Part shown: positions 1-9,806 of the stretch, one piece after another | Position numbering within the stretch: position 1 is the first letter of the stretch | How the letters are laid out: every line of letters starts with the position of its first letter | Source: Thermodesulfobacteriota bacterium | GTDB taxonomy: Bacteria; Desulfobacterota; Desulfobacteria; Desulfobacterales; SURF-7 | Direction of reading: 5' to 3' | Assembly (NCBI GenBank): GCA_049320885.1 | Contig: JBMORA010000009.1 | Span: forward strand, 320,001-384,000 | Length of the DNA stretch: 64,000 bases | The notes under the pieces: generated by a model | Told to the model about the DNA's origin: nothing | The model's database searches: none | The model's input: only the letters and a program-made list of their open reading frames with translations | Made by a program: the position numbers and the translations under genes

Positions 1-1014
1 TGGGCCAGTGAGGGCAAGGATATGCAGCAGATTGTCATGCTCCTGGCCGAGGAAACCAACAAGGCCGGCGGTCTGCTGGGCCGGCAGGTGGAAATTATTC
101 CCGCCGATGACGGCGGCGACCCGAAAACCGCGGCCCTGGCCGCCCAGCGACTGTCCACCCAGGGTGTCTCGGCGGTGATCGGAACCTATGGGTCGTCCAT
201 CACCGAGGCGTCCCAGAACATTTTCGACGAATCCGAGATCGTCCAGGTGGCCAACGGTTCGACTGCCATCCGTCTGACGGAAAAGGGCCTGAAATATTTT
301 TTCCGCACCTGTCCGCGGGATGACGAACAGGGCAAGGTGGCGGTGAAGACCATTCTGGGGCTGGGGTTTACCAAGGTCGCCGTTCTGCACGACAACACCA
401 CCTATGCCAAGGGGCTGGCTGACGAGGCCAAGTCCTTGCTGGAAAAGGAAAAGTGCAGTCCGGTTTTCTTCGACGCCCTGACGCCGGGGGAGCGGGATTA
501 CAATACCATTCTGACCAAAATCAAGGCCAGCGGGCCGGACGTGGTTTTTTTCACCGGCTACTATCCCGAGGCCGGGCTGCTGCTGCGCCAAAAAATGGAA
601 ATGGGCTGGAATGTGCCTTTTATCGGCGGTGACGCCACGAATAATCCGGATCTGGTCAAGATCGCCGGCAAGGATGCGGCCAAGGGATTCTATTTCCTCA
701 GTCCACCGGTTCCCCAGGATCTGCCTTCCCCCGAGGCCAAAGCCTTCATGGCCGCCTATCGGAAAAAATATGACGGCGCACCCGGCAGTGTATGGGCCGT
801 TCTTTCCGGCGACGGCTTCAATGTTCTGGCCGCCGCCATCAAGGGCGCCAAATCCACGGATTCCAAGGCCGTGGCCGCCTATCTCCATAAGGAACTGAAG
901 GATCTGCCAGGGCTCACGGGGGCGATTTCCTTTGATGACAAGGGGGACCGGGTGGGCGATCTCTATCGGGTATACACGGTGGACGGCGACGGCAATTTCA
1001 TCCTCAAACCCTAG
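1..1014 (+). CDS. livK: Branched-chain amino acid ABC transporter substrate-binding protein (5'-truncated by window edge)
   Basis: Frame is open from base 1. LivJ/K motifs 'GGLLGRQVE..DDGGDP', 'VIGTYGSS', 'FFRTCPRDD', 'GLTGAISFDDKGDR'. First gene of a livHMGF cluster. Confidence 0.9.
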   Translation, partial: WASEGKDMQQIVMLLAEETNKAGGLLGRQVEIIPADDGGDPKTAALAAQRLSTQGVSAVIGTYGSSITEASQNIFDESEIVQVANGSTAIRLTEKGLKYFFRTCPRDDEQGKVAVKTILGLGFTKVAVLHDNTTYAKGLADEAKSLLEKEKCSPVFFDALTPGERDYNTILTKIKASGPDVVFFTGYYPEAGLLLRQKMEMGWNVPFIGGDATNNPDLVKIAGKDAAKGFYFLSPPVPQDLPSPEAKAFMAAYRKKYDGAPGSVWAVLSGDGFNVLAAAIKGAKSTDSKAVAAYLHKELKDLPGLTGAISFDDKGDRVGDLYRVYTVDGDGNFILKP

Positions 1015-1023
1015 CGGGAATCC

Positions 1024-1929
1024 ATGGATTTCTTTTTGCAGCAATTGACCAACGGGTTGGCCGTGGGTGGGATCTATGCCCTGATCGCCCTGGGGTATAC
1101 CATGGTGTACGGGGTATTGAAATTGATCAATTTCGCCCACGGCGACCTGTTCACCATCGGCGCGTTCATGGGCCTTTCGTTGTTGACCTCCATGGGGTTG
1201 ACCCACCACATGAATGCGTTCGGCGTGGTGGTTTCCCTGATCGTGATGGTCATGGGGCTGGTGGCCGTGATCGGCGTGATTCTGGACCGGCTGGCCTACA
1301 AACCGCTTCGATCGTCCCACCGCCTGTCCGCCGTGGTATCGGCTCTGGGCGCCTCCATTTTTTTTCAGAACAGCGTCATGCTGATCTACGGAGCCAAATC
1401 GCTGGTGTATCCCCACGACATTCTGCCGAAAGCGGCCGTGGATATTTTCGGTCTCCGCATCCCCATGATCCGGATCCTGATTCTGCTGGCTTCGCTGGTC
1501 ATGATGATCTGCCTGTATGTTTACATCCATAAAACCCGGATCGGCACGGCCATTCGGGCTGCGGCCATTGACCAGGGTGCGGCCAGGCTTATGGGGATCA
1601 ACGTGGACCAGGTCATCATGATCGTCTTCATGATCGGGCCGGGTCTTGGGGGCGCCGCCGGGCTGATGGTGGGGCTGTATTACGGCCAGATCAATTTCAC
1701 CATGGGGTGGATTTACGGTCTGAAAGCGTTTACGGCCGCCATTCTCGGGGGTATCGGCAATATTCCCGGCGCCATGGTGGGCGGGTTGCTGCTGGGGGTA
1801 ATCGAAGCCCTGGGCGCGGCCTATCTTTCCATCGCCTGGAAAGACGCCATTGCCTTTTGCGTCCTGATCGTCATTCTGATCGTCAGACCAACGGGAATTC
1901 TGGGTGAGCAGGTGGCTGAAAAAATTTAG
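1024..1929 (+). CDS. livH: Branched-chain amino acid ABC transporter permease
   Basis: 'YALIALGYTMVYGVLKLINFAHG', 'LKAFTAAILGGIGNIPGAM'. Confidence 0.93.
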   Translation: MDFFLQQLTNGLAVGGIYALIALGYTMVYGVLKLINFAHGDLFTIGAFMGLSLLTSMGLTHHMNAFGVVVSLIVMVMGLVAVIGVILDRLAYKPLRSSHRLSAVVSALGASIFFQNSVMLIYGAKSLVYPHDILPKAAVDIFGLRIPMIRILILLASLVMMICLYVYIHKTRIGTAIRAAAIDQGAARLMGINVDQVIMIVFMIGPGLGGAAGLMVGLYYGQINFTMGWIYGLKAFTAAILGGIGNIPGAMVGGLLLGVIEALGAAYLSIAWKDAIAFCVLIVILIVRPTGILGEQVAEKI

Positions 1930-1948
1930 ACGGGCCGGTGTGGAACGC

Positions 1949-2911
1949 ATGCAGCAAAGCAGACGAAACATCCTATATGCCGCGGGAGTCATCCTGCTGG
2001 CCCTGTCCCCTATGGTGCTGAATTCGTATTGGGTCGATGTGCTCAACCTTGTCGGACTTTATGCGATTCTCTCCCTGAGCCTCAATATCATCCTCGGGCA
2101 CGCCGGTCTGTTTCACATGGGGCATGCCGCGTTTTATGCCGTGGGCGCTTATACGACGGCGATCCTCAACCAGCGTTTCGGCATTCCGGTCCTTTGGCTC
2201 ATGCCCCTGGCAGGACTCACGGCCGGGCTGACGGCCCTGGTGGTGGCAAGACCCATCATTCACCTCCGGGGCGATTATCTGCTCATCGTCACCATCGGTT
2301 TTGTGGAAATCGTCCGCATCGCCTTGATCAATGACGTGTTCGGAATCACCGGCGGCGCCAACGGCATCTTCGGGATCGACCGGCCCCTGGTCTTCGGTTA
2401 CCGGATTAAAAAACCGCAGGAATTTTTCTACCTGATCTGGACCTTTGCCGGGGTCACCGTCTTGTTGTTCCAGCGGCTGGAAAACTCCCGTTTCGGCAGG
2501 GCGCTCAATTTTCTGCGCGAGGATGATGTGGCTGCCGAGGGCAGCGGCATTCACACCGCCCATTACAAACTGATCGCTTTTGTCATCGGCGCGGTCTGGG
2601 CCGGAATGACCGGGACCCTTTACGCCGCCAAGATGACCATCATTGCACCGGAATCCTTCAATTTCTGGGAATCGGTGGTTATGTTCATGATTGTGCTCCT
2701 GGGCGGCCGCGGCAGCATTCCCGGAACCATCCTGGGCGCGTTCCTGGTGATCGGACTGCCGGAAATCTTTCGGGAATTCGCTTCGGCCCGCATGCTGATT
2801 TTCGGCGCCGTCATGGTGGTCATGATGATTTTCCGCACCGAGGGCATCATTCCCGCATCGCCCCGGCGCTACCCCACCGGCGGATTGCCGGACAGGGGGG
2901 CGCATCCATGA
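1949..2911 (+). CDS. livM: Branched-chain amino acid ABC transporter permease
   Basis: 'SLNIILGHAGLFHMGHAAFY', 'LRGDYL'. ATG at 1949 preferred over the overlapping GTG at 1904. Confidence 0.92.
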   Translation: MQQSRRNILYAAGVILLALSPMVLNSYWVDVLNLVGLYAILSLSLNIILGHAGLFHMGHAAFYAVGAYTTAILNQRFGIPVLWLMPLAGLTAGLTALVVARPIIHLRGDYLLIVTIGFVEIVRIALINDVFGITGGANGIFGIDRPLVFGYRIKKPQEFFYLIWTFAGVTVLLFQRLENSRFGRALNFLREDDVAAEGSGIHTAHYKLIAFVIGAVWAGMTGTLYAAKMTIIAPESFNFWESVVMFMIVLLGGRGSIPGTILGAFLVIGLPEIFREFASARMLIFGAVMVVMMIFRTEGIIPASPRRYPTGGLPDRGAHP

Positions 2912-3672
2912 GTCTGTTGCAACTGACCGGCGTGACCAAATCCTTCGGCGGCTTGACGGCCGTGGATGGCGTCTCCTGCGACGTTCCGGCTGGCGCCATC
3001 GTGGGACTTATCGGACCCAACGGCGCCGGCAAGACCACCGTTTTCAATCTGATCACCGGCAACTACCGGCCGGATGCAGGGCGGATCGCCTTTGACGGCG
3101 CCTTTATCCACGGCTTCCCGCCCCATCGAATCGTAGGCTTGGGAATCGCCCGCACTTTTCAAACCATCCGGTTGTTCCAGAAGCTCGCGGTGCTCGAAAA
3201 CGTCCTGGCCGGATGCCACTGCCGCATGGCATCCGGTGTAGTGGCCGCCATGCTGCGATCGCGTTCCCAGAAGGAAGAGGAACGCACGGCGCTTGCCACG
3301 GCCATGCGGGAATTGGCCTTTGTCGGCCTGCAAGACAAGGCCGAGCAACCGGCCGCGAACCTGTCCTACGGCAATCAGCGGCTGCTGGAAATAGCGCGGG
3401 CCTTGGCCACGGGGCCGCGGTTGATCATCCTGGACGAGCCGGCCGGCGGCATGAACGATCTGGAAACCGCCGCTTTGATCCAGACCATTTTCAGCATTCG
3501 CGACCGGGGAATTACCGTGCTCCTGATCGAGCATGACATGAATCTGGTGATGCGCGCCTGCGACCATATCGTGGTGCTGGAATACGGCCGGAAGATCGCG
3601 GAAGGCGATCCCCGGACCATACAGCGGGATCCCCGCGTGATCGAGGCCTATCTGGGAGTGGAAGATGATTGA
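2908..3672 (+). CDS. livG: Branched-chain amino acid ABC transporter ATP-binding protein
   Basis: Walker A GPNGAGKTT, 'LSYGNQR', Walker B IILDEP, C-terminal 'VIEAYLG'. Confidence 0.93.
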   Translation: MSLLQLTGVTKSFGGLTAVDGVSCDVPAGAIVGLIGPNGAGKTTVFNLITGNYRPDAGRIAFDGAFIHGFPPHRIVGLGIARTFQTIRLFQKLAVLENVLAGCHCRMASGVVAAMLRSRSQKEEERTALATAMRELAFVGLQDKAEQPAANLSYGNQRLLEIARALATGPRLIILDEPAGGMNDLETAALIQTIFSIRDRGITVLLIEHDMNLVMRACDHIVVLEYGRKIAEGDPRTIQRDPRVIEAYLGVEDD

Positions 3673-4390
3673 GCCCCTGCTTTCCATCCGGGAACTGCAC
3701 GTGTCCTATGGAAACGTGGAGGCCCTCCACGGAATCAACCTGCACGTGACCGAGGGAGAGATCGTCGCCATTCTCGGCGCCAACGGAGCCGGTAAGTCCA
3801 CCACCCTGATGGCCGTCAGCGGACTGATCAGGCCGAACAGGGGCAGTATCGTTTTTGAAGGCCGCCGGTTACATGAAATGCGCGCCCATGAAATCGTCGG
3901 GTGCGGCATCTCCCAGGCCCCGGAAGGCCGACGGGTGTTCGGAACCCTGACGGTGGGGGAGAATTTGAATCTGGGCGCTTTCACATCCAGGGACAAAATC
4001 CGCAACCGGCAATCCATCGAGTGGATTTACGGACTGTTTCCACGACTGAAGGAACGGGCCGCCCAACTTGCCGGAACGCTTTCCGGCGGCGAACAGCAGA
4101 TGCTGGCCATCGGCCGGGCCCTCATGGCGCGACCGCGGATTCTGCTGCTGGATGAACCCAGTCTGGGGCTGGCGCCGATCCTGGTGAGACAGATCTTTCA
4201 CACCATCCGGGAAATCAACCGATCCGGCGTCACCATTGTTCTGGTGGAACAGAATGCCCGGATCGCCCTGAAAACCGCTCATCGCGGTTATGTCCTGGAG
4301 GTGGGCAGGATCATCCTGGAGGATTCGGCCGCAGCCCTGTTGGCCGACCGGAACGTTCAGAACGCCTATCTTGGAACAAGGACCTCCTGA
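3665..4390 (+). CDS. livF: Branched-chain amino acid ABC transporter ATP-binding protein
   Basis: GANGAGKST, 'AGTLSGGEQQM', 'LLDEPSLGLAP'. Confidence 0.93.
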   Translation: MIEPLLSIRELHVSYGNVEALHGINLHVTEGEIVAILGANGAGKSTTLMAVSGLIRPNRGSIVFEGRRLHEMRAHEIVGCGISQAPEGRRVFGTLTVGENLNLGAFTSRDKIRNRQSIEWIYGLFPRLKERAAQLAGTLSGGEQQMLAIGRALMARPRILLLDEPSLGLAPILVRQIFHTIREINRSGVTIVLVEQNARIALKTAHRGYVLEVGRIILEDSAAALLADRNVQNAYLGTRTS

Positions 4391-4433
4391 TGGGAAAACA
4401 ACCCCGGGCATTCAGCTATTACAGAAAGGAAAT

Positions 4434-6281
4434 ATGACCATGCCGGATCGGAACACCACCGCGACGCAACAGCCGGATATGAAAAAACTGACCGAAATTC
4501 TGGCCGAGGTGAACGCCAAGAGCCGCAACCTGGTGCAGAAATTTCTTCAGAAGAAGGAAAACGCCAGGGAAATAGATCAAACCGAGGTTCAGGTCATCGC
4601 CAGCAGTTTTCAAGACCTGGCTGCCAGGCTGGCCGCCGACCCGACCCGGCTTTTCAACGCACAGATGTCTTACTGGAACGATTATTGGCAGTTGATCCGG
4701 AGCAGCGCGTTCCACTTTCTCGGCCGGAAACCCGAAAAGACCGCTGCATCCGCCGGAGCGGACAAACGCTTTCGTCATGAGGCCTGGGACGAGAATCCCA
4801 TGTTCCATTTCATCAAGCAGAGCTACCTGTTGTCCGCCCGCGCCATCCGGAACACGGTCCAAAATGTCCAGGGGCTGGACGCGAAGACCCGTCAGCGGGT
4901 GGAATTTTACACCAATCAGTATCTCGATGCCGTGTCGCCATCCAATTTCATCGCCACCAATCCGGAATTGATGCAGCTGACGCTGGCAAGCCGCGGCGAA
5001 AACCTGCTCAAGGGTCTGAACAATTTTCTCGAGGACCTGGATCGCAGTCCCTGCCAGCTTCAAATCCGGATGACCGACATGAACGCCTTCGAGGTGGGTA
5101 AAAACGTGGCGGTGACGCCGGGTAAGATCGTCCATCAGAACGACCTGATTCAGTTGATCCAGTATCAGCCCGCCACGAAGCAGGTATTTCAGCGGCCCCT
5201 GCTGTTCATACCTCCCTGGATCAACAAATATTACATTCTCGATCTGACCGAGAAAAATTCCATGGTCAAATGGATGGTGGATCAAGGCTATACGGTATTC
5301 ATGATTTCGTGGGCCAATCCGGATGAAACCCTGAAGAATAAGGATTTCGAGGACTACATGGCGGAAGGGCCCATCGCGGCCCTGGAAGCCATCGAAGGCA
5401 TCACGGGTCAGCGCGGGGTCAATTGCATCGGCTACTGCATGGGCGGAACCCTGCTGGCCTGCGCCACCGCATATCTGCAGGCCCGGGGCGAAGGTGACCG
5501 GATCACCAGCAACACCTATATGGCTTCCCTCCTGGATTTTTCCATTCCCGGAGATATCGGTGTGTTCATCGACGAAGCCCAGATCGATGCCTTTGAGCGC
5601 AAGATGGATTCCCAGGGCTATCTTGACGGATGCGCCATGTCGAACAGCTTCAGCATGCTGCGGGCCAACGATCTGGTCTGGTCGTATGTGATCAACAACT
5701 ACCTGAAGGGCGAGGCACCCATCGCCTTTGATATCCTGTTCTGGAATTCGGACGCCACGAACATGCCGGCCAGGATGCACAGCTTCTACCTGCGCAACAT
5801 GTATCTGCATAACCGGTTACGGGTGCCAGGGGCGTTGGTTCTGAAGGAAACGCCCATCGATCTTTCCAGGATCACCATTCCCGTTTATTTCATATCCACC
5901 CGTGAAGACCATATTGCCATGTGGCAGGCGACCTACGCCGGAACAAAACTTCACAACGGGCCGGTGAGATTCGTTCTGGGAGCTTCGGGCCATGTGGCCG
6001 GGATCGTCAATCCGCCCCCCCGGATCAAATACGGCCATTGGACCAATCCCGGGCTGCCCGATTCCGCCGGGGACTGGCTTGCGGGCGCGACCTATCACGA
6101 GGCTTCCTGGTGGCTGGACTGGCTGGCCTGGAACCAACCGCATGCCGGCGGCCTCATTCCGGCAAGAGAGGTGGGAAAGGACAGTCCGACGACGCTGGAG
6201 GACGCACCCGGGTGTTATGTGACCAAACGCCTGGATTTGCCTGAAAGCGGGGTGTGCTACCTGCCGAATGCATTGCTGTAG
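4434..6281 (+). CDS. phaC: Class I poly(3-hydroxyalkanoate) synthase
   Basis: 'DKRF..EAW', 'PPWINKYYILDL', lipase box GYCMGG, catalytic Asp in 'EDHIA', His in 'SGHVAG'. Single subunit of about 615 aa. RBS AGAAAGGA precedes ATG 4434. Confidence 0.95.
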   Translation: MTMPDRNTTATQQPDMKKLTEILAEVNAKSRNLVQKFLQKKENAREIDQTEVQVIASSFQDLAARLAADPTRLFNAQMSYWNDYWQLIRSSAFHFLGRKPEKTAASAGADKRFRHEAWDENPMFHFIKQSYLLSARAIRNTVQNVQGLDAKTRQRVEFYTNQYLDAVSPSNFIATNPELMQLTLASRGENLLKGLNNFLEDLDRSPCQLQIRMTDMNAFEVGKNVAVTPGKIVHQNDLIQLIQYQPATKQVFQRPLLFIPPWINKYYILDLTEKNSMVKWMVDQGYTVFMISWANPDETLKNKDFEDYMAEGPIAALEAIEGITGQRGVNCIGYCMGGTLLACATAYLQARGEGDRITSNTYMASLLDFSIPGDIGVFIDEAQIDAFERKMDSQGYLDGCAMSNSFSMLRANDLVWSYVINNYLKGEAPIAFDILFWNSDATNMPARMHSFYLRNMYLHNRLRVPGALVLKETPIDLSRITIPVYFISTREDHIAMWQATYAGTKLHNGPVRFVLGASGHVAGIVNPPPRIKYGHWTNPGLPDSAGDWLAGATYHEASWWLDWLAWNQPHAGGLIPAREVGKDSPTTLEDAPGCYVTKRLDLPESGVCYLPNALL

Positions 6282-6287
6282 AGTGAT

Positions 6288-6314
6288 GTCGGCCCGGCCC
6301 CAAGCCGGGCCGAC
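6288..6314. terminator. GC-rich hairpin between convergent phaC and DUF3141 genes (no U-tract)
   Basis: GTCGGCCCGGC-CCCAA-GCCGGGCCGAC, a perfect 11-bp stem. Confidence 0.6.
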
Positions 6315-6318
6315 GCGG

Positions 6319-8481
6319 TCAGACCTTCAACACCCGTTTCAGGTGTTCCAGAATCAGGTTTTCCTCATCGTTCATCTGGTGATCCGCCAAGGCTACTTTT
6401 CTGGCGATTTCCAAGGCGGCGATCCTGTCGCCGGCTTCCGGAATCAGTTTGGCGAGAGCTCCCAGGGCCTTGTCCTCATCGGCATCCAGAATGCAGGCCT
6501 GCTGGCGGATCATCTGCCGGAAATCCTCTTCCCGGATATGCCGCAGGCGTTCATCCGCCGCCACGACCTGGTCATAGGTTTTCAGCACCGTTCGACGCAA
6601 TCCTTCGTCTGCATGGGCCATGGCCACCATGATCCGAACCACTCCCTCGGCGAATCCGCCGACGTTTCCGGCCTCCAGCCATTGGGCCGGACAGGCATTC
6701 TCGTCCCGGTCGCCTTCCGAAAGGAGCGACTTGTAGTCCCGGAACAGGACCAACATCCAGGGATTGCCGTAAACGGCCTTGAACCACAATTCCTGGGCCT
6801 GATCCCGCATATCCCGGTACAGGTTGAGGCCATCCGAAAGCATCTGCGCCACCCCCCTTTCCACCTTCACGAAGGGATTGCCGGGGGGCGCCTGCCTGCG
6901 GTTGGCCTTGACCAGCGGAGCCATGTATTTGTATGGCAGCATCCATGGATTGCGATCGGAAAAGGCATAGCGGGAAACCCGCAACGGATGGAGCTGGCGA
7001 ATCCATTCCGCCGACCAGTCATTCATGGCCGACCGTACCCAGGGGCTGATAAACGTGCGGTACAGACGGTCGTTGATCTCCGAGATGGCCGCCACCGGGC
7101 GGAACTCCTCTTCATCCGATGCGCCGTCGTCCAGGGTAAGGATTTCTTGCATTTCGCGTTCCTCGAAACGCACTTGATACTCACCGGGGGTCGCGCCGTC
7201 TTCGATAACCATTTCATACAATCCGGGCGAGAGATAGCCGATCAAATCGATGCTGGCGATGATTTCCTTGTGTTCTTTCTTGGAAACCTTGCCGGAAACG
7301 AAAATTCCCAGATGTCCGATGGTGTCGTGCAACAAATAGACCACCACCTGTTGATGCCGTTTGATCTCCGCAACGGATTTCCACACCTTCGCGATCCAGT
7401 TCAAGGCCTGCTGGGGCGGTGTGATGTTGTCGCCGCTGGACGCAAAGATCAACACCGGGTCCTTGAGGTTTTTTAAATCGATTTTCCGGCCCTCCAGCTC
7501 GAGCTCGCCCATTTCGAGTTTGTTGCCCACAAACAGATTCTGGGTGATGTAATGAATTTCCTCCCTGGTCAGCATGAAATAGGCGTTCCACCAGCGCTCG
7601 AATTCCAGGTAGCGATCCGCCTCCTTATCCACATTGGCGTAGACGTAATACTGCTTGTTCCACCAGGTGTTGGCGGGATTCAGATCCTCGAAGCCGGCCA
7701 CCAGGTTGGCGCCGTCAAAAATCCCGTTTCCCAGATCGCTCATCAGCGATGTCAGCCAGACGCCCCCGGTCAGCCCGCCCCGATAGCGCATGGGGTTTTT
7801 CCCGTCCACGCCGGCCCAGTAAGACAAGGGGGAGCCGTTGAAAACCAGGGGGCCGGCGATGTCGGGCCGGTCGGCGCCCACCAGGGCGGAAGCCCAGCCG
7901 GCCTGGCAATTGCCGATAATCGCGGGTTTCTGGGCCTCCGGGTGGCGTCGAATGACCTCTTCAATGAACCGGATCTGGGCATGGTGTACGTCGGTCAAGG
8001 TTTGGTCAGGGAGCGGATCGGCCTCGAATATCACGAAATATACCGGATGTCCTTCGTTGAGGGCCATGCCGATCTCCGAATCCCGCTTGGAGCCGCCAAT
8101 TCCGGGTCCGTGACCGGCCCGCGGGTCGATGATGATGACCGGCCGTTTTTTAGGGTCCGGCACGCCCCCGCCTTCGGGATTGTGCCGTTTTTCTTTTTCC
8201 GCCGGCGAGGCCTGCTGGACGGAATCGCGCCGGTCATGGATCCGCGCCAGGGAAAAGGCCACGGGCCGTTCCAGCGTCCTGCCGTCCAAAATGATGTCGT
8301 AACCGAAGGTCAATACCGGCGGTTTGCCGTTACGAATCTGTTCATAATAAATATTTCCCCGTTTTCTCAGGGTATCCATGAAAAGCACCGACCGCTGGCC
8401 GGAGTCCAATAGATAATCATAGGCGTCCTTGACAAAATTCGACTGTGCGAACAATTTTTGATGGGAATTCATGAGGTTCAT
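6319..8481 (-). CDS. DUF3141-family alpha/beta-hydrolase (PHA-synthase-like)
   Basis: 'IDPRAGHGPGIGG', Cys box 'GNCQAGW', 'GDNITPPQQALNWI', 'GHLGIFVS'. RBS AAGGAGG before ATG at 8481. Confidence 0.85.
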   Translation of the reverse strand: MNLMNSHQKLFAQSNFVKDAYDYLLDSGQRSVLFMDTLRKRGNIYYEQIRNGKPPVLTFGYDIILDGRTLERPVAFSLARIHDRRDSVQQASPAEKEKRHNPEGGGVPDPKKRPVIIIDPRAGHGPGIGGSKRDSEIGMALNEGHPVYFVIFEADPLPDQTLTDVHHAQIRFIEEVIRRHPEAQKPAIIGNCQAGWASALVGADRPDIAGPLVFNGSPLSYWAGVDGKNPMRYRGGLTGGVWLTSLMSDLGNGIFDGANLVAGFEDLNPANTWWNKQYYVYANVDKEADRYLEFERWWNAYFMLTREEIHYITQNLFVGNKLEMGELELEGRKIDLKNLKDPVLIFASSGDNITPPQQALNWIAKVWKSVAEIKRHQQVVVYLLHDTIGHLGIFVSGKVSKKEHKEIIASIDLIGYLSPGLYEMVIEDGATPGEYQVRFEEREMQEILTLDDGASDEEEFRPVAAISEINDRLYRTFISPWVRSAMNDWSAEWIRQLHPLRVSRYAFSDRNPWMLPYKYMAPLVKANRRQAPPGNPFVKVERGVAQMLSDGLNLYRDMRDQAQELWFKAVYGNPWMLVLFRDYKSLLSEGDRDENACPAQWLEAGNVGGFAEGVVRIMVAMAHADEGLRRTVLKTYDQVVAADERLRHIREEDFRQMIRQQACILDADEDKALGALAKLIPEAGDRIAALEIARKVALADHQMNDEENLILEHLKRVLKV

Positions 8482-8521
8482 TTTCGCCCTCCTTGCGGTT
8501 GATCCTGCGCGTTTGCCCCTT

Positions 8522-8565
8522 TTGTGCTTTGCAACAAAGATATGACCAGCCACCGGGACTGTCAA
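8522..8565 (-). promoter_or_regulatory. Sigma70 promoter of the DUF3141 gene, with a PhaR-type operator over the -10/start region
   Basis: Minus strand TTGACA (8565-8560), 17 nt, TATCTT (8542-8537). TTGTGCTTTGCAACAA at 8522-8537 on the + strand. Confidence 0.7.
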
Positions 8566-8709
8566 TCCGGGAGTCCCTCCTGACGGCTTCATGTCGGATC
8601 ATCTGGTTGTTTTTACATGAAGTATATTTTGTAGAACCTGGAAATGGACGGGGCCGGGGGGAGGTGTCGGATCGACAACGCCGCCCCCTTCACTGCATCG
8701 GAAAGCGCT

Positions 8710-9231
8710 TCAGGATTCAGGTTCTTCATTGCCATCCGCTTTTTTTTCCGCTGCGGACGCAGGCGGCGCGTTTTCCGGCCGGCCTTTTCCCGGTCCGTAG
8801 GGGAACAAATCGAACAGGTTCCCGAAGGGGGGTGGGGTGGGGCCGGGCTTCGGTGCGCGCATGGAGATATCCATGCCCAGGTCAAGCCATTGTTTCACCT
8901 GGTCATCAAAGGCCTTTTTATAGGTCAGGTAATTCTGGATGGTCCGCTGCAGATATTTTTCCATGAATTCACCCAGGGTGTTGTCGCCGTGGCGGATGAT
9001 CAGGTGCAGAACCGGAACCGGCATCAGGATGTTTTTTTTCTTGGCCTCTTCCGTGATGATCTGGGTCAGAATAAAGGCGGTTACATCCTCTTTGGTTTTG
9101 GCGTCCACAATGGCCACGGTTTTTCCCGTCCGAATCATATCGGCCACCTCCTCCAATGTGACGTAGCAGCTGTTCTCCGTGTCATACAGACGGCGATTGG
9201 TGTATTTTTTCAGCAGGATGGTGTTTGTCAT
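8710..9231 (-). CDS. phaR: Polyhydroxyalkanoate synthesis repressor
   Basis: N-terminal 'KKYTNRRLYDTENSCYVTLEEV..DAKTKEDVT..ILTQII' is the PhaR DNA-binding signature. Confidence 0.93.
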   Translation of the reverse strand: MTNTILLKKYTNRRLYDTENSCYVTLEEVADMIRTGKTVAIVDAKTKEDVTAFILTQIITEEAKKKNILMPVPVLHLIIRHGDNTLGEFMEKYLQRTIQNYLTYKKAFDDQVKQWLDLGMDISMRAPKPGPTPPPFGNLFDLFPYGPGKGRPENAPPASAAEKKADGNEEPES

Positions 9232-9365
9232 GACGCCCCCCTCGGGATGACCGGATCGTGATTTCTGCACAATCGCTTTTACGGTGGATGCGTATTTGTC
9301 ACGTGGACCGGTTTTATTTGGAATAATATACACTATTAAGCGTGGTGGCAATAAAAATAAAAAAA

Positions 9366-9416
9366 TTGTGCATTGCAACAATTCGGGGTTGACATCCCTG
9401 CCGGGCGTGCTATCTT
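9366..9416 (+). promoter_or_regulatory. PhaR-type operator and sigma70 promoter of the phasin-like operon
   Basis: TTGTGCATTGCAACAA (9366-9381), then TTGACA (9389-9394), 16 nt, extended -10 TGcTATCTT (9408-9416). Confidence 0.7.
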
Positions 9417-9463
9417 CTGGACAAGAGAAAATGAAGATGAACCGAACTCAAAGGAGGCTTACC

Positions 9464-9760
9464 ATGGAAACTACATTCATCACGCAACAGGTCGTCGATA
9501 TAAACCGTTTGTTTCTGGAGAACGTATGGAACACCCTGACCCTGCTCCATGATCAGGTGGAGAGAACCGGGCGGGCGGTTCTGGATCAACGGAACGCCTT
9601 GCTGGAGGAAGGCAGCCGTCTTGTGGAGGAATGGGCCAAGGAATCCAAAAAGAACCGGATCGCCGCCAAAAAGGCCATGGATGACAATTTCGAGCAGATT
9701 CTGGGGCTCTTCACCCTGCCGGATGCGGAAAAACCGAAACGCGCGAAGGCCGGGAACTGA
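9464..9760 (+). CDS. Putative phasin-like granule protein, paralog 1 (98 aa)
   Basis: RBS AAGGAGG. Aligns without gaps to the next two ORFs (DQ.E, EEG, W, KK.R). Lies in the PHA cluster. Confidence 0.7.
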   Translation: METTFITQQVVDINRLFLENVWNTLTLLHDQVERTGRAVLDQRNALLEEGSRLVEEWAKESKKNRIAAKKAMDDNFEQILGLFTLPDAEKPKRAKAGN

Positions 9761-9806
9761 CGAACTTCCGGATCAGGGAAAAGACCAAATGACGGGAAGG
9801 GAGGAA

